From an uncultured Bacillota bacterium (GTDB taxonomy: Bacteria; Bacillota; Clostridia; Christensenellales; Borkfalkiaceae), in contig CASGEQ010000080.1 in assembly GCA_949300535.1 (NCBI GenBank), forward strand, positions 1 through 64,000: a stretch of 64,000 nucleotides of DNA, written 5' to 3'. The notes beneath the pieces are model-generated. The model did no database searches, was not told where the DNA came from, and saw nothing but the letters and a program-made list of their open reading frames with translations. The stretch's first letter is position 1; the number at the start of each line of letters is the position of its first letter. Of this stretch, positions 7,811 to 17,712 are shown piece after piece. The position numbers and the translations under genes were made by a program.

Positions 7811-8977
7811 ATGCTGGGAAATTTTACTTATTGCAATCCGACTAAACTGTTTTTCGGGAAGGGCGCGCTCGAAGAGATCCGCGGCGAACTGAAAAAATAC
7901 GGCAAAAACGTGCTTTTAGTATACGGCAAAGGTTCGGTCAAGCGGAGCGGAATCTACGATAAAGTGGTCGCCGTTTTAAGGGAGTGCGGAAAGGAGATCT
8001 ATGAAGACGGCGGCGTTATGCCCAATCCGACGACGGAAAAGCTGAAGGAAGGCTGCGAACGCGCCCGCGCGGCAAAAGCCGATCTCATCCTCGCGGTGGG
8101 CGGCGGTTCAGTGTGCGATTACGCAAAAGCCGTTTCCGTTTCCGCCTATTGCGGCGAAGATCCGTGGGAAAAATTCTTCCTCCGCTTTGAAGAGCCGGAC
8201 GGGAAGATCATTCCCGTCGCTTGCGTGCTCACCATGGTGGGGACGGGAAGCGAGATGAACGGCGGTTCGGTCATCACCAACCACGCACAGAAACTCAAAA
8301 TCGGGCACGTGTTCGGGGAGGAGATTTATCCCAAATTCTCCGTGCTCGATCCCGAATATACCTTCACGCTTCCCGCCTATCAGATGGTCGCGGGCTTTTT
8401 CGATATCATGTCGCACATCATGGAGCAGTATTTTTCGGGTACGGACGACAACACGTCCGATTATATCATGGAAGGGCTGATGCGCTCGCTTATTCACAGT
8501 TCGCGCATTGCGGTCAGGAACCCGCTCGATTACGAGGCACGCAGCAATATCATGTGGACGGCGACATGGGCATTGAACACGCTGGTCGCGATGGGAAAGG
8601 ATACCGACTGGGAAGTGCACATGATCGGACAGGCGGTGGGCGCGTATACGGACGCGACGCACGGCATGACTCTTGCCGCCGTTTCCCCCGCATATTACCG
8701 CTTTATCATGCCTTACGGGCTGGAAAAATTCCGCCGTTTTGCGGTGAATGTCTGGGACGTGCCGACGCAGGGCAAAACGGACGAAGAGATCGCCGAAGAC
8801 GGGATCCGCGCGATGGAAGGCTGGATGAAGGAGATCGGGCTTGTGATGAACCTGCGCGATCTCGGCGTGACGGATGAAATGCTCGGCGGCATTGTCAAGA
8901 GTACGCTGATCATGACGGGCGGCTACAAAGTGCTCACGCAGGACGACGTTTTGCAGATTTTGAAAGAAAGCCTGTGA
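7811..8977 (+). CDS. Iron-containing (group III) alcohol dehydrogenase
   Basis: 388 aa. GGGSVCDYAK NAD(P)-binding motif; Fe-ADH family. Confidence 0.85.
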   Translation: MLGNFTYCNPTKLFFGKGALEEIRGELKKYGKNVLLVYGKGSVKRSGIYDKVVAVLRECGKEIYEDGGVMPNPTTEKLKEGCERARAAKADLILAVGGGSVCDYAKAVSVSAYCGEDPWEKFFLRFEEPDGKIIPVACVLTMVGTGSEMNGGSVITNHAQKLKIGHVFGEEIYPKFSVLDPEYTFTLPAYQMVAGFFDIMSHIMEQYFSGTDDNTSDYIMEGLMRSLIHSSRIAVRNPLDYEARSNIMWTATWALNTLVAMGKDTDWEVHMIGQAVGAYTDATHGMTLAAVSPAYYRFIMPYGLEKFRRFAVNVWDVPTQGKTDEEIAEDGIRAMEGWMKEIGLVMNLRDLGVTDEMLGGIVKSTLIMTGGYKVLTQDDVLQILKESL

Positions 8978-9444
8978 GAAGGGGCGTATTTGCGCTTGCG
9001 GCGGCGCTGTGTTTTGCCGCATGGGGCGCCGTATCCTGCGCGGGCGGCGGAACGGAGAGCGGAGAACGCCCTTCGGAAGGAGAGGCAAGCATGCCGTTAA
9101 AGATCGTGCTCAGCGTCGGAGAGCGGGAATTTTCGGCGGAACTCGGCGAGGGCGACGCTGCGCGGGAGTTTTACGAGCGCCTGCCGCTGACGATGGACAT
9201 GAGCGCCATGGCGCACGAGAAGTACTATTATCTTTCCGAGCCGCTCCCGACGGCGGAAGAACGGGTATCGGCCATTTCGGCAGGCGATCTGATGCTGTGG
9301 GGGAACAGCTGTTTTGTGATCTTTTACGAGAGTTTTTCCACGTCCTATTCCTATACGCGGTTGGGGAAGATCTCACAAACGCAGGGGCTTGCGGAGGCGC
9401 TGGGCGGCGGAAACGTCACGGTCAGCGTGCGCGCGGAAGACTGA
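8974..9444 (+). CDS. Cyclophilin-like fold lipoprotein (hypothetical)
   Basis: GTG start overlaps the adh stop (GTGA). Signal peptide plus lipobox (AVSCAGG). Fold assignment is tentative. Confidence 0.45.
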   Translation: MRRGVFALAAALCFAAWGAVSCAGGGTESGERPSEGEASMPLKIVLSVGEREFSAELGEGDAAREFYERLPLTMDMSAMAHEKYYYLSEPLPTAEERVSAISAGDLMLWGNSCFVIFYESFSTSYSYTRLGKISQTQGLAEALGGGNVTVSVRAED

Positions 9445-9573
9445 TCTGCGTCTTTCGGCAAAGAAAGCAAAAGAGGATATCAAGGGATACCATGCCCGAG
9501 CGCTGACGGCAAGCGGTATGTCCGTGAGCTCGGACATGGGTATATCAAGGGCGCGGCAAGCGCGCCTGCTACG

Positions 9574-9602
9574 ACGGGAGGACGGGGTCCTCCCGTTTTT
9601 CG
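9574..9602 (+). terminator. Rho-independent terminator
   Basis: CGGGAGGACggggtCCTCCCGttttt. Confidence 0.6.
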
Positions 9603-9611
9603 TTCCGCGCC

Positions 9612-9641
9612 TTGACAAGATGCGCGGCGCTATGATATGAT
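9612..9641 (+). promoter_or_regulatory. Sigma-A-type promoter for the ABC operon
   Basis: TTGACA, 18 nt, then TATGAT. Confidence 0.5.
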
Positions 9642-9720
9642 ATCGGCAGATGCGGGCATGTTGCCCGAAAGACCCCGCCGCGCGCTTTCGGGCGAGTTCT
9701 GACCGGCGGGACGGAGGAAT

Positions 9721-10449
9721 ATGGAAGAAGTACTTCGGATCTCTCACCTGATCAAGACCTACGGAAGGGAAAAGCGCGCCGTGGACGATCTTTCGCTCAC
9801 CGTCTGCGCGGGGGATATTTACGGCTTTATCGGGCAGAACGGCGCGGGAAAGACGACGACGCTTCGCGCGGTCACGGGAATCCTTCCCTTCGATTCGGGC
9901 GAGATTTTCATCGACGGAAAATCGGTCATGGCAAATCCCGTGGAATGCAAACAGGTCACGGCGTATATCCCCGACAATCCCGAATTGTACGACTTTCTGA
10001 CGGGCATTCAGTACCTCAATTATATCGGGGACGTGTTCGGGGTGGAAATGCGGGTCCGTGCGGAACGCATTTCAAAATATGCGGAGATGTTCCGCATTTC
10101 GGGCGATCTCGGCTCGCTGATCGGCGCGTATTCTCACGGCATGAAGCAAAAACTCGCCGTGACGGCGGCGCTTCTGCACGCGCCCAAACTCATGGTATTG
10201 GACGAACCGTTCGTGGGGCTCGACCCCGAAGCGGCATTCAAGCTCAAACAGGTGTTCCGCGAGATGTGCGAAGGGGGAAGCGCGATCTTCTTCTCCACGC
10301 ACGTTCTGGACGTCGCGGAGAAGCTGTGCAATAAAATCGCGATCATCAAAAACGGGCGGCTCATGGCGGACGGCGATATCGACGCGGTGCGCGGCGACGA
10401 GAGCCTGGAAGCGGTCTTTATGGAGGTGCTCGAACGCCATGAAGCATAA
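9721..10449 (+). CDS. ABC transporter ATP-binding protein
   Basis: Walker A GQNGAGKTT, ABC signature, Walker B LMVLDEP. Confidence 0.85.
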   Translation: MEEVLRISHLIKTYGREKRAVDDLSLTVCAGDIYGFIGQNGAGKTTTLRAVTGILPFDSGEIFIDGKSVMANPVECKQVTAYIPDNPELYDFLTGIQYLNYIGDVFGVEMRVRAERISKYAEMFRISGDLGSLIGAYSHGMKQKLAVTAALLHAPKLMVLDEPFVGLDPEAAFKLKQVFREMCEGGSAIFFSTHVLDVAEKLCNKIAIIKNGRLMADGDIDAVRGDESLEAVFMEVLERHEA

Positions 10450-12010
10450 GTGGCTGCTTTTGACGAAAATACAGCTCATCGGAATGCTCGGCATCAATAA
10501 GGCGGCAAAGACGTACGACCCCGCCGTAAAAAAGCGTACGGTAGGATCGATCGCCGCGCTTGCCGTCGTCGCCTTGCTCATGCTGTTTTATATCGTGATG
10601 ATGGCGTTCGCTTTCTGTGAGCAGGGGCTCGGGCGGCACCTGCCTGCAACGGCGATCGCGATCGCGTCTTTGATCACGCTGCTCTTTTCCTTTCTGAACG
10701 GCTGTTCGTCCCTGTTTGCGATGAAGGATTACGACCTCGTCATGAGTCTTCCCGTGAAGAAACGGGATATCCTCACGAGCCGTCTTCTCTGCATTTACCT
10801 GGCCGATCTTGCGTTTGCGGCGCTCATCGTCATTCCCTGCATAATCGTGCTGTTTGTATCGGACGGGTTTTCTCTCGGCGTGCTTGCCGTGTCCCTCGCG
10901 GGAATGGTCGTCTCTCCCGTCCTGCCCATTATCGTGGCTGTCGCGCTCAGCGCAGTTTATACCGCTCTGACGGCGGGATTCCGCTATAAGACGCTGTTGC
11001 AGGGCATTTTCGGAATGGCGTTTTTTGTGGGGGTGATGATCGCGAGCTTTACCGTTTCCTTTACGGCTGGCGCGCAGGGTCAGATGGATATGGACGCGCT
11101 GTTTTCCCTGTTCGTGAGGGGGATCTATCCGCCCGCGCTTCTCATCGAGATGACGCTTGCGGGCGAAGTCTGGGCGATCTTCGTCTTTGTCGCCGCGTCG
11201 GCGGTGCTCGCCGTCCTGTTCGTCCTCGTATTGGCGAAAGGTTACGACCGTATCCACATCGCGCTGACCGCAAAGGGCGCGCGCGTAGGGTACCGCGCTT
11301 CCGATATTAAGAGCGGTTCGGCGTTTTCCGCGCTCGTGCGCAAGGAATTCCGCCGTCTGTTCACCTGCCCCGCCTATCTACTCAACGGACTGTGCGGCAC
11401 GGTATTACTGTTGATCGCAGGCGTTGCGCTGCTGTTTTTCGACGTGCGCGCCCTGCTTACCGAAGACCCTTCCGTCCCGGCGCAGATGATCGACGGATTG
11501 GTATACGCGGGTGTGGGCTTGCTCTTTTTCTTTGTCGGAACGGGCTGTCCTTCTGCGGCGGCGCTCTCGCTGGAGGGGAGCGCGAGAGATCAGCTCTTTG
11601 TCCTGCCCGTATCCGCGCGGCGCATTCTGCTCGCGAAGGCGTTCCCTTCCTTTCTCCTCAACCTGGTTGCGGGAATGTTTGCCGCGATCGTATTCTGCGC
11701 CCGCATGCAGGCGGACGCGCTCGGCTGGACGCTGGTGATCATCAGCGTTCCCATAGCCTGCGGATTTACCGCGCTGACGGGGATCTGGCTGAATTACAAA
11801 ATGCCGAAATACGACTGGACAACGGAAACGCAGGCGATCAAGCAGAGCGTTCCCGGCATGATCTGCGCGCTCGGCAGCATGGCGGTCGGCGCAATCGTCA
11901 TCGGAGTTTCTCTGTTTTGGGGACCGTGGGCGGTGCTTATTGCCGATTTTCTTTGCCTGGTCGCGATCGCTGCGGTGCTTCTCGGGACAAAACGCGCCAG
12001 ATTGGTCTGA
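10439..12010 (+). CDS. ABC-2-type exporter permease (polytopic membrane protein)
   Basis: 523 aa with about 10-12 TM segments. ATG overlaps the ATPase stop. Confidence 0.6.
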   Translation: MKHKWLLLTKIQLIGMLGINKAAKTYDPAVKKRTVGSIAALAVVALLMLFYIVMMAFAFCEQGLGRHLPATAIAIASLITLLFSFLNGCSSLFAMKDYDLVMSLPVKKRDILTSRLLCIYLADLAFAALIVIPCIIVLFVSDGFSLGVLAVSLAGMVVSPVLPIIVAVALSAVYTALTAGFRYKTLLQGIFGMAFFVGVMIASFTVSFTAGAQGQMDMDALFSLFVRGIYPPALLIEMTLAGEVWAIFVFVAASAVLAVLFVLVLAKGYDRIHIALTAKGARVGYRASDIKSGSAFSALVRKEFRRLFTCPAYLLNGLCGTVLLLIAGVALLFFDVRALLTEDPSVPAQMIDGLVYAGVGLLFFFVGTGCPSAAALSLEGSARDQLFVLPVSARRILLAKAFPSFLLNLVAGMFAAIVFCARMQADALGWTLVIISVPIACGFTALTGIWLNYKMPKYDWTTETQAIKQSVPGMICALGSMAVGAIVIGVSLFWGPWAVLIADFLCLVAIAAVLLGTKRARLV

Positions 12011-12026
12011 AATATTTTCCGATTCG

Positions 12027-12060
12027 GAAAATCCCGACCGAAAGAGTCGGGATTTTTTCA
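12027..12060 (+). terminator. Rho-independent terminator
   Basis: aaaATCCCGACcgaaagaGTCGGGATtttttt. Confidence 0.75.
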
Positions 12061-12097
12061 AGGCGAGATTTTTTTGCTTTTATGACACACAATAGAG

Positions 12098-14055
12098 ATG
12101 ATGGATTACACAACCGCAGGTTTTTCTTTTATGAAACGCAATAGAAATATGATATCACGAATCCGCAGGCTGTTGCTTGTTTTGTTGTTTTTGATTCTGC
12201 TTGCGTCGCTGGGCGCGGCAGTCTTTCTGCGCGCTCCGCGCGGCGTCTTTGCCCGAGCGGAAGGGGATAGCGTGGAAGTGAACGAGCAGACCTTTCCCGA
12301 TCCCGTCTTCCGCGGCTGGATTCTCGATTCCGCCAATCTTGGCGGCGCGGGCAGCGACGGGGTGCTCACGCAAGAGGAGCTTGCGGGAATTACGGACATC
12401 ACCTTCCGCGGACAGGCGGGGGGCGCAGATCGCCGATCTGACGGGGATCGGATATTTTGCCGCGCTGGATACGCTGAGCGTTCCCTATCATGCGCTCGAA
12501 AGCCTCGATCTTCGCTCCAATCCGCGCCTGAAATACGTAAACTGTTCGTATAACCGACTGACCGATCTGCGCCTGGACGGACTTTCCGCGCTGGATGCGC
12601 TTTATTGCGAATTCAACTATATGCAGTCGCTCGATCTGTCGGGGAATCCCGAACTGACCACGATCTATTGCCGCCACAATCTTCTGGAACAGCTGGATCT
12701 GAGCTATAACACAAAGCTCATTTTTATCGAAACGTTCGACAATCGTCTGACGGAGATAGACGTCTCCATGCTGAAAGATCTCGAGTTTCTGCATATCGAT
12801 CACAATCGCCTGCAAAGGCTGGATATGAGCGCAAATCTCAACCTGAAAGGGGGAGGATTCGTCGTGCGGAACAGCGATATGCGCGAGCTGATTCTACCCG
12901 ATATCCCCGGATTTACTGTGTATTACGACGATTTTGCGGAACAGGATCCCGTCCTCGGCTATGAACGCTTGGAATGGTTTGCCGATCCCGATTATACCAT
13001 TCCCGTCACGGGCGATGTGGAAGCGCTCGGCGGAGATCGTACAGGCGCCGTATCTCGAACGCCTGCAAGCGCATTATCTCGCCTTGACGGCGGGAGAGTA
13101 TGCGGGGGAAGACCTGGAAAGGCTGTCTCAGCTCTTCGCCGACGCAAAGGAGCGCGTCATTGCCGCGGGCAGGGACGAAACGGCATTGGAACAGATCGCG
13201 TCGGACGCCGAGCAGGAAATGTCCGCCGTCCCCGTCTGGAACGTGCGCACGGCGGAGATCGCGGATAAATAGCGGGAGGAGTTCCGCGAACCGCTGTCCT
13301 GTCTCGGAGTATATCCTATCCCTTCGGGCAGAGCGGAAACGCTGTTTCCGCTCGCCGAAAGCGCGCTTGAAAACTCTTTGCCCGAAAAGCTCGCGGCATA
13401 TTCCTCGCTGACGCGCCCTGCCGACGCGCTTCGCGCGGCGGAAGCGGCGGAAGCGCTTTTGCGCGAAGAGAGAGAGGAACTGCGGCTCTTCCTCCCCGCC
13501 GCGAAATGGACGGCGGAAGCGGAAAAGGCGGCCGTTCCGCCCGCGCAGGCGGATTCCTCCATGCGCGAGAAGTACGAACGGCTGCTCGGCGCCCTCGGGG
13601 AGGCGGAAGAGGGGACGAAACGCTATCTTTCCGATGAAACGATCGCGCTTCTCGGCGGACTGCTGCGCCTGACGCAGGCGAAGGAAGAGGCGGTCGAAAC
13701 GATCCGCGCGCAGTTTGCGCAGTATCGGCAGGAGGAGTATTCTGAGGAAAACTGGCAGGCGCTCTCCGCGATTGCAGATTAATATGTACAACAGGCGGAA
13801 GGTGCGGAAAGCGAGGACGCGGTCGGACTTGCCGTGACGAAGGGATTGCTGGAGATGGAAAATGTGCCCAAGACGGGCGAAACGCCCGAGCCTGAACCTG
13901 AGCCCGAACCCGAGCCCGAAAAACCGGGCGAAAATGAAAAACCGCCCGCATCCTTCTGGGAAAAATACGGGCGGATTATCGTCGCGGTTGCCGCGGGGGC
14001 TGCGGTCATTGCAGCGGCGGCAGTGTTGATTGTATTTTTAAAACGGCGCCGATAA
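12098..14055 (+). pseudogene. Disrupted leucine-rich-repeat cell-surface protein. Has a signal peptide, LRRs, a helical region, and a VPKTG-like sorting signal followed by a TM segment and KRRR tail. Interrupted by two frameshifts and two in-frame stops.
   Basis: The frame shifts at a GGGGGG run (about 12418-12424) and near 13025-13040. In-frame stops at TAG 13270 and TAA 13780. Repeats read LxxLDLSxNxLxxLD. C-terminus reads NVPKTGE-(EP)n-IIVAVAAGAAVIAAAAVLIVFLKRRR. Confidence 0.6.
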
Positions 14056-14056
14056 A

Positions 14057-14902
14057 TTATATGGTGCGGGGACGGAAGCCGCGGCCGCGCAGCCATTCGA
14101 TCGCGAGATCGAGCCAATGTGCGTTGTGAGGGTCGATATTGGCGGAATTTTCATCGTAAACTTCGTCCGAGCAGAGCGAACTTCCGTGTACGCCGTGATC
14201 GAAGACGTGCAGTTCGTAGGGAACTTTCTTTTCCGTGTACGCCGCGGCAAAGCGCAGGCTGTTCTGAACGGGGACGTCGTCGTCGTTCGCCGTATGCCAT
14301 AAAAAGGCGGGGGAAGAGCGTTCCGTCACGCGCGTTTCCAGGCTGAATCGGCGTTTGAGCGCGGGGTCTTTCGCGCAGAAATTATCAATGGACCCCATAT
14401 GCGCAATGGCGGGGTCGGAAGAGATGACGGGATAGGAGAGGACGACCGCGTCGGGACGGCACGCTTCCTTTTCGGGGAAAAGTTTTGTGACGCACTCGTC
14501 GTCAAAACAGGTCGCGAGCGTTCCGCAAAGATGCCCGCCCGCCGAAAAGCCGATTGCCGCAATATGTTCGGGGTCGATGTGCAGCATATCCGCGTGTTCG
14601 CGGATATAGCGGATCGCCATCGCCGCTTCCGTAAGCTGTGCGGGATAAGAAAAAGGCTTCAGGCTGTATGAAAGCATGAACGCATGAAATCCCGCCGCCA
14701 TGAATCTCAGCGCGATCGGCTCTTTTTCCCGTTCGGAAAGAAATTCATAACCGCCGCCCGGGAAGATCAGCATTGCGGGACGGATTTTCGGTTTTACTTC
14801 GCGCCGAAGATCGGAGCTGCAGGAAATCATCATTCCCGCGCCTTCCGAATGCGGCAGAGTGACATTGTAGTAACGATAAAGATCAACGGTTTCGTAAGTC
14901 AT
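14057..14902 (-). CDS. Alpha/beta-hydrolase esterase (acetyl-esterase/lipase family)
   Basis: GxSxG-type motif (IGFSAGGHL) and an HGxxD-type end. Confidence 0.8.
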   Translation of the reverse strand: MTYETVDLYRYYNVTLPHSEGAGMMISCSSDLRREVKPKIRPAMLIFPGGGYEFLSEREKEPIALRFMAAGFHAFMLSYSLKPFSYPAQLTEAAMAIRYIREHADMLHIDPEHIAAIGFSAGGHLCGTLATCFDDECVTKLFPEKEACRPDAVVLSYPVISSDPAIAHMGSIDNFCAKDPALKRRFSLETRVTERSSPAFLWHTANDDDVPVQNSLRFAAAYTEKKVPYELHVFDHGVHGSSLCSDEVYDENSANIDPHNAHWLDLAIEWLRGRGFRPRTI

Positions 14903-14994
14903 GCCATCATTTTAGCATACGGCCTGTCCGAAAGCAAGCATAAAACAAAAAAATGAAGGGAAGAAAAATTTTTTACACAAAACGGGCCGTTAAT

Positions 14995-15024
14995 TTGTTT
15001 AATAATAGAAATATGGTTTATAAT
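14995..15024 (+). promoter_or_regulatory. Candidate promoter
   Basis: TTGTTT, 18 nt, then TATAAT. Confidence 0.35.
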
Positions 15025-15086
15025 GCACAGGGATAAATCAATTAAATCCAAGGCGGAGAACTCTCCGAAAGACGAGGCGGTGACTT

Positions 15087-15386
15087 ATGACAGACAAACG
15101 AGAGATGATCGAAAAGCTGAAGGAAATGCCGGGAAAGTACGATACCGGCAGTGAACTGAAAAAGGATACGGAAAAGTTTTCCGAGGAACTGAAAAAGCGG
15201 AATTGCTGTATCCGTCTGAGCAGACCCAAGCGGATCACCGTGGCGATTGCCATCGGGTCCGCGCTCATTGTATTTATTGCTTTTTCGCTGGGCGCACAGA
15301 TAGCGCATTATAATTATATCCGCAACCAGGAAAACGCGGCGCAAGCCGTTTTATCGGATAAGGAAGAAACCCTTTTGGCAGAATAA
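15087..15386 (+). CDS. Hypothetical small membrane protein
   Basis: 99 aa with one TM segment and a GAGG RBS. Confidence 0.4.
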   Translation: MTDKREMIEKLKEMPGKYDTGSELKKDTEKFSEELKKRNCCIRLSRPKRITVAIAIGSALIVFIAFSLGAQIAHYNYIRNQENAAQAVLSDKEETLLAE

Positions 15387-15406
15387 ATTTCATCGTAACG
15401 GGAGAA

Positions 15407-15443
15407 ACCGCCCGCCGCGCCTTGCGCGCGGCGGGCGGTTTGT
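15407..15443 (+). terminator. Rho-independent terminator
   Basis: AAACCGCCCGCCGCGCcttgCGCGCGGCGGGCGGTTT. Confidence 0.7.
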
Positions 15444-15468
15444 GCTATAATAGCGCGGGAGATAAAAT

Positions 15469-15765
15469 ATGGCGTTTTATACCTATATCGTCCGCTGTCG
15501 GGACGGGAGCCTTTATACGGGTTGGACGATGGACATAGAAGACCGCGTCAAAAAGCACAGCGAAGGAAGGGGCGCGAAATATACGCGCAGCCGTCGTCCC
15601 GTGACTTTGGTCTATTGCGAGCGTTTGCGTTCGGCGCGGGACGCGCAGCGGCGGGAGCGGGAGATCAAGAAGCTGAGGCGCGGGCAAAAACTCGCGCTGA
15701 TCGGTGCGGGACCGTCTGCAGATATGACGGAAAGGGGCGCGGGAGAAGAAGATTCGCTGCCGTAA
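15469..15765 (+). CDS. GIY-YIG nuclease-family protein (UPF0213/YazA-like)
   Basis: FYTYIVRCRDGSLYTGWTMDIEDRVKKHSEG. Confidence 0.8.
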   Translation: MAFYTYIVRCRDGSLYTGWTMDIEDRVKKHSEGRGAKYTRSRRPVTLVYCERLRSARDAQRREREIKKLRRGQKLALIGAGPSADMTERGAGEEDSLP

Positions 15766-15919
15766 CGCGATTTTGACTGCGGTTGCGGCTGTTTTTCCAA
15801 TACGAGCCTTGGCGTACGGTCCCATGTATACTTTTTTTATAAGGGAAGGAAACAAGGGGTACCGTGTCCGAATGTTCGGAAGTATGTTGCGGCATGTCCG
15901 AGGTGAAAAGGAGGGGGGT

Positions 15920-16642
15920 ATGTCCGAGGAAGCGCGGTATGTTGCGCTCATGTTTGAGGATGACGGCAACTTACGCGGCCGCCTGTACTGGTATGAAACC
16001 GAGATCGCGCTCAAAGCGGGGGATAAGGTCATCGCACCCGTAGGCGCGCACGACAGGCTGCAATGCGGAACGGTGGAAAGAACGCTCAGGGGCGAGCCGC
16101 CCTATGACGAAAACCTGATCAAGCGGGTAGCCGCGAAGCTGCACGCCCGCCGTCTGTCGCTTTCCGTGCCCTGCCGCGAGCTGGGCGGGATGAAATATGA
16201 CGAAAAGCACTATACCCGTTTCGGGGCGTTTATCTGCGCCGGGGCGGCGCAGTTGTCTGCGTCCGATCGGGAGATCTTAAGCGCTTACGGCGCAACGGAG
16301 ACGATCGTCTTCGGCGCGGATGCCTTTGATGGGGACGCGGGGGCGTTCCTGACGTCGGAGTGCGCTAAAACGGCGCTCGGAAAAGCGGCGCGGGCAAAGG
16401 GCTGCGCCCTGATCGCGGGAGATCTGCGCGCCGAGCTGTTTTCCGCTTTTCTCCTGCTGCTTGCGGGGGTTGCGGAAAAGACGGCGGCGGAGGATTTTCT
16501 TCGCGCGGCAGGAAAAGGACAGGAAAATATCTGGCGGGATTTGTACGCATTTTTGCGGGAAGAGGGCGGCGCGGCACGGTTTGCCGCAACGCTCGGCTTA
16601 TCGCGGGAAGCGGAGAGGATCTCGCTCAAACTGAGAGGTTAA
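15920..16642 (+). CDS. Hypothetical protein
   Basis: The ORF extends from 15773, but the AGGAGG RBS favours the ATG at 15920. No recognisable domain. Confidence 0.4.
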   Translation: MSEEARYVALMFEDDGNLRGRLYWYETEIALKAGDKVIAPVGAHDRLQCGTVERTLRGEPPYDENLIKRVAAKLHARRLSLSVPCRELGGMKYDEKHYTRFGAFICAGAAQLSASDREILSAYGATETIVFGADAFDGDAGAFLTSECAKTALGKAARAKGCALIAGDLRAELFSAFLLLLAGVAEKTAAEDFLRAAGKGQENIWRDLYAFLREEGGAARFAATLGLSREAERISLKLRG

Positions 16643-16667
16643 GCCCCCGAGGGGGCAAGGTGGTGCC

Positions 16668-17660
16668 ATGAAAAGAATACTCATGATCGCGACGGGAGGG
16701 ACCATCGCGTCCAAAAACACGGGGAAAGGGCTTACGCCCGTCATTTCTCCGCGCGAACTTCTGGAGTTCGTGCCCGAAATCGCGCAGATGTGCGACGTCG
16801 AGACGGTACAGCCGTTCAATCTGGACAGCACGAACGTCTATTATCCGCACTGGCTGGAGATCGCGCGTCTCGTGCGGGAGAACTATGCGAAATACGACGG
16901 ATTTGTCGTCACGCACGGAACGGATACGATGGCGTATACCGCCGCCGCGCTTTCCTATCTCATTCAGAACAGCGCAAAACCCGTCGTTCTGACGGGTTCG
17001 CAGAAGTCGGTATATCTTCGCGACACGGACGCGCGCGGCAATCTCGCGGACGCGTTCGCTTACTGCACGGACGACAAGGCGTGCGGCGTGCGCGTGGTAT
17101 TCGACGGAAAGGTCATCCTCGGCACGCGGGCGAAAAAGACGCGCACGCGCAGTTATAACGCCTTTTCCAGCATCGACTTTCCCGAGATCGCCGTCATCCG
17201 CGACGGGAAGCCCGTATACTATGTGGAACCGCACCGTCCCGTCGGGGCGCCCGTCTTTTCGCTGACGCTCGATCCCGAGGTGTTCGTGCTCAAAACCGTT
17301 CCCGGGATGCGCGCGGACATCTTCGACTATCTCACCGCGCATACGGACGGCGTGGTGATCGAGTCGTTCGGTTCGGGCGGGCTTCCCCGCTACGAGGACG
17401 ACGGGTTCTTTTCCCGCCTGGAAGCGTACACGGCGGCGGGCAAGACGGTCGTTCTCGGCACGCAGGTGGAACGGGAAGGGAGCGCGTTGGGCGTATATGA
17501 AGTGGGACGCCGCCTTTTGGGCATTCCCAATGTGTTGGAAGCGCGGTCGATGACGCTGGAAGCGACGGTTACCAAACTCATGTGGGTGCTCGGTCAGACC
17601 AAGGATCCCGAGAAGGTCGCGCGGCTGTTCTCGACGCCCGTGGAGCGCGATTTTTTGTAA
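16668..17660 (+). CDS. ansA: L-asparaginase (type I)
   Basis: ATGGTIAS threonine motif; 330 aa. Confidence 0.85.
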   Translation: MKRILMIATGGTIASKNTGKGLTPVISPRELLEFVPEIAQMCDVETVQPFNLDSTNVYYPHWLEIARLVRENYAKYDGFVVTHGTDTMAYTAAALSYLIQNSAKPVVLTGSQKSVYLRDTDARGNLADAFAYCTDDKACGVRVVFDGKVILGTRAKKTRTRSYNAFSSIDFPEIAVIRDGKPVYYVEPHRPVGAPVFSLTLDPEVFVLKTVPGMRADIFDYLTAHTDGVVIESFGSGGLPRYEDDGFFSRLEAYTAAGKTVVLGTQVEREGSALGVYEVGRRLLGIPNVLEARSMTLEATVTKLMWVLGQTKDPEKVARLFSTPVERDFL

Positions 17661-17667
17661 AATCGTA

Positions 17668-17696
17668 TTGACAGTGCGGGGCTGATATGATAAACT
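17668..17696 (+). promoter_or_regulatory. Candidate promoter for the sulfite-reductase/heme operon
   Basis: TTGACA, 17 nt, then TAAACT. Alternatively an extended -10, TGaTATGAT. Confidence 0.4.
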
Positions 17697-17712
17697 GAAA
17701 GGGAAGTTTTAT

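Noticed and set aside
8108-9088. 326-aa minus ORF over the alcohol dehydrogenase. Also minus ORFs 10418-11257 and 11405-12061 over the ABC permease, 13006-13951 over the LRR pseudogene, and 17578-18912 over the sulfite-reductase-like gene and hemA.
   Set aside because: Antisense shadows of well-supported genes. Arg/Pro/His-rich nonsense translations.
12410-12430. Programmed ribosomal frameshift at the GGGGGG run in the LRR gene
   Set aside because: The same gene has a second shift and two in-frame stops further on. Pseudogenisation or homopolymer sequencing error explains this more simply.
15773-15919. Upstream extension of the hypothetical gene to 15773
   Set aside because: The strong AGGAGG RBS sits immediately before the internal ATG at 15920. 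The upstream part overlaps the GIY-YIG gene end and lacks an RBS.
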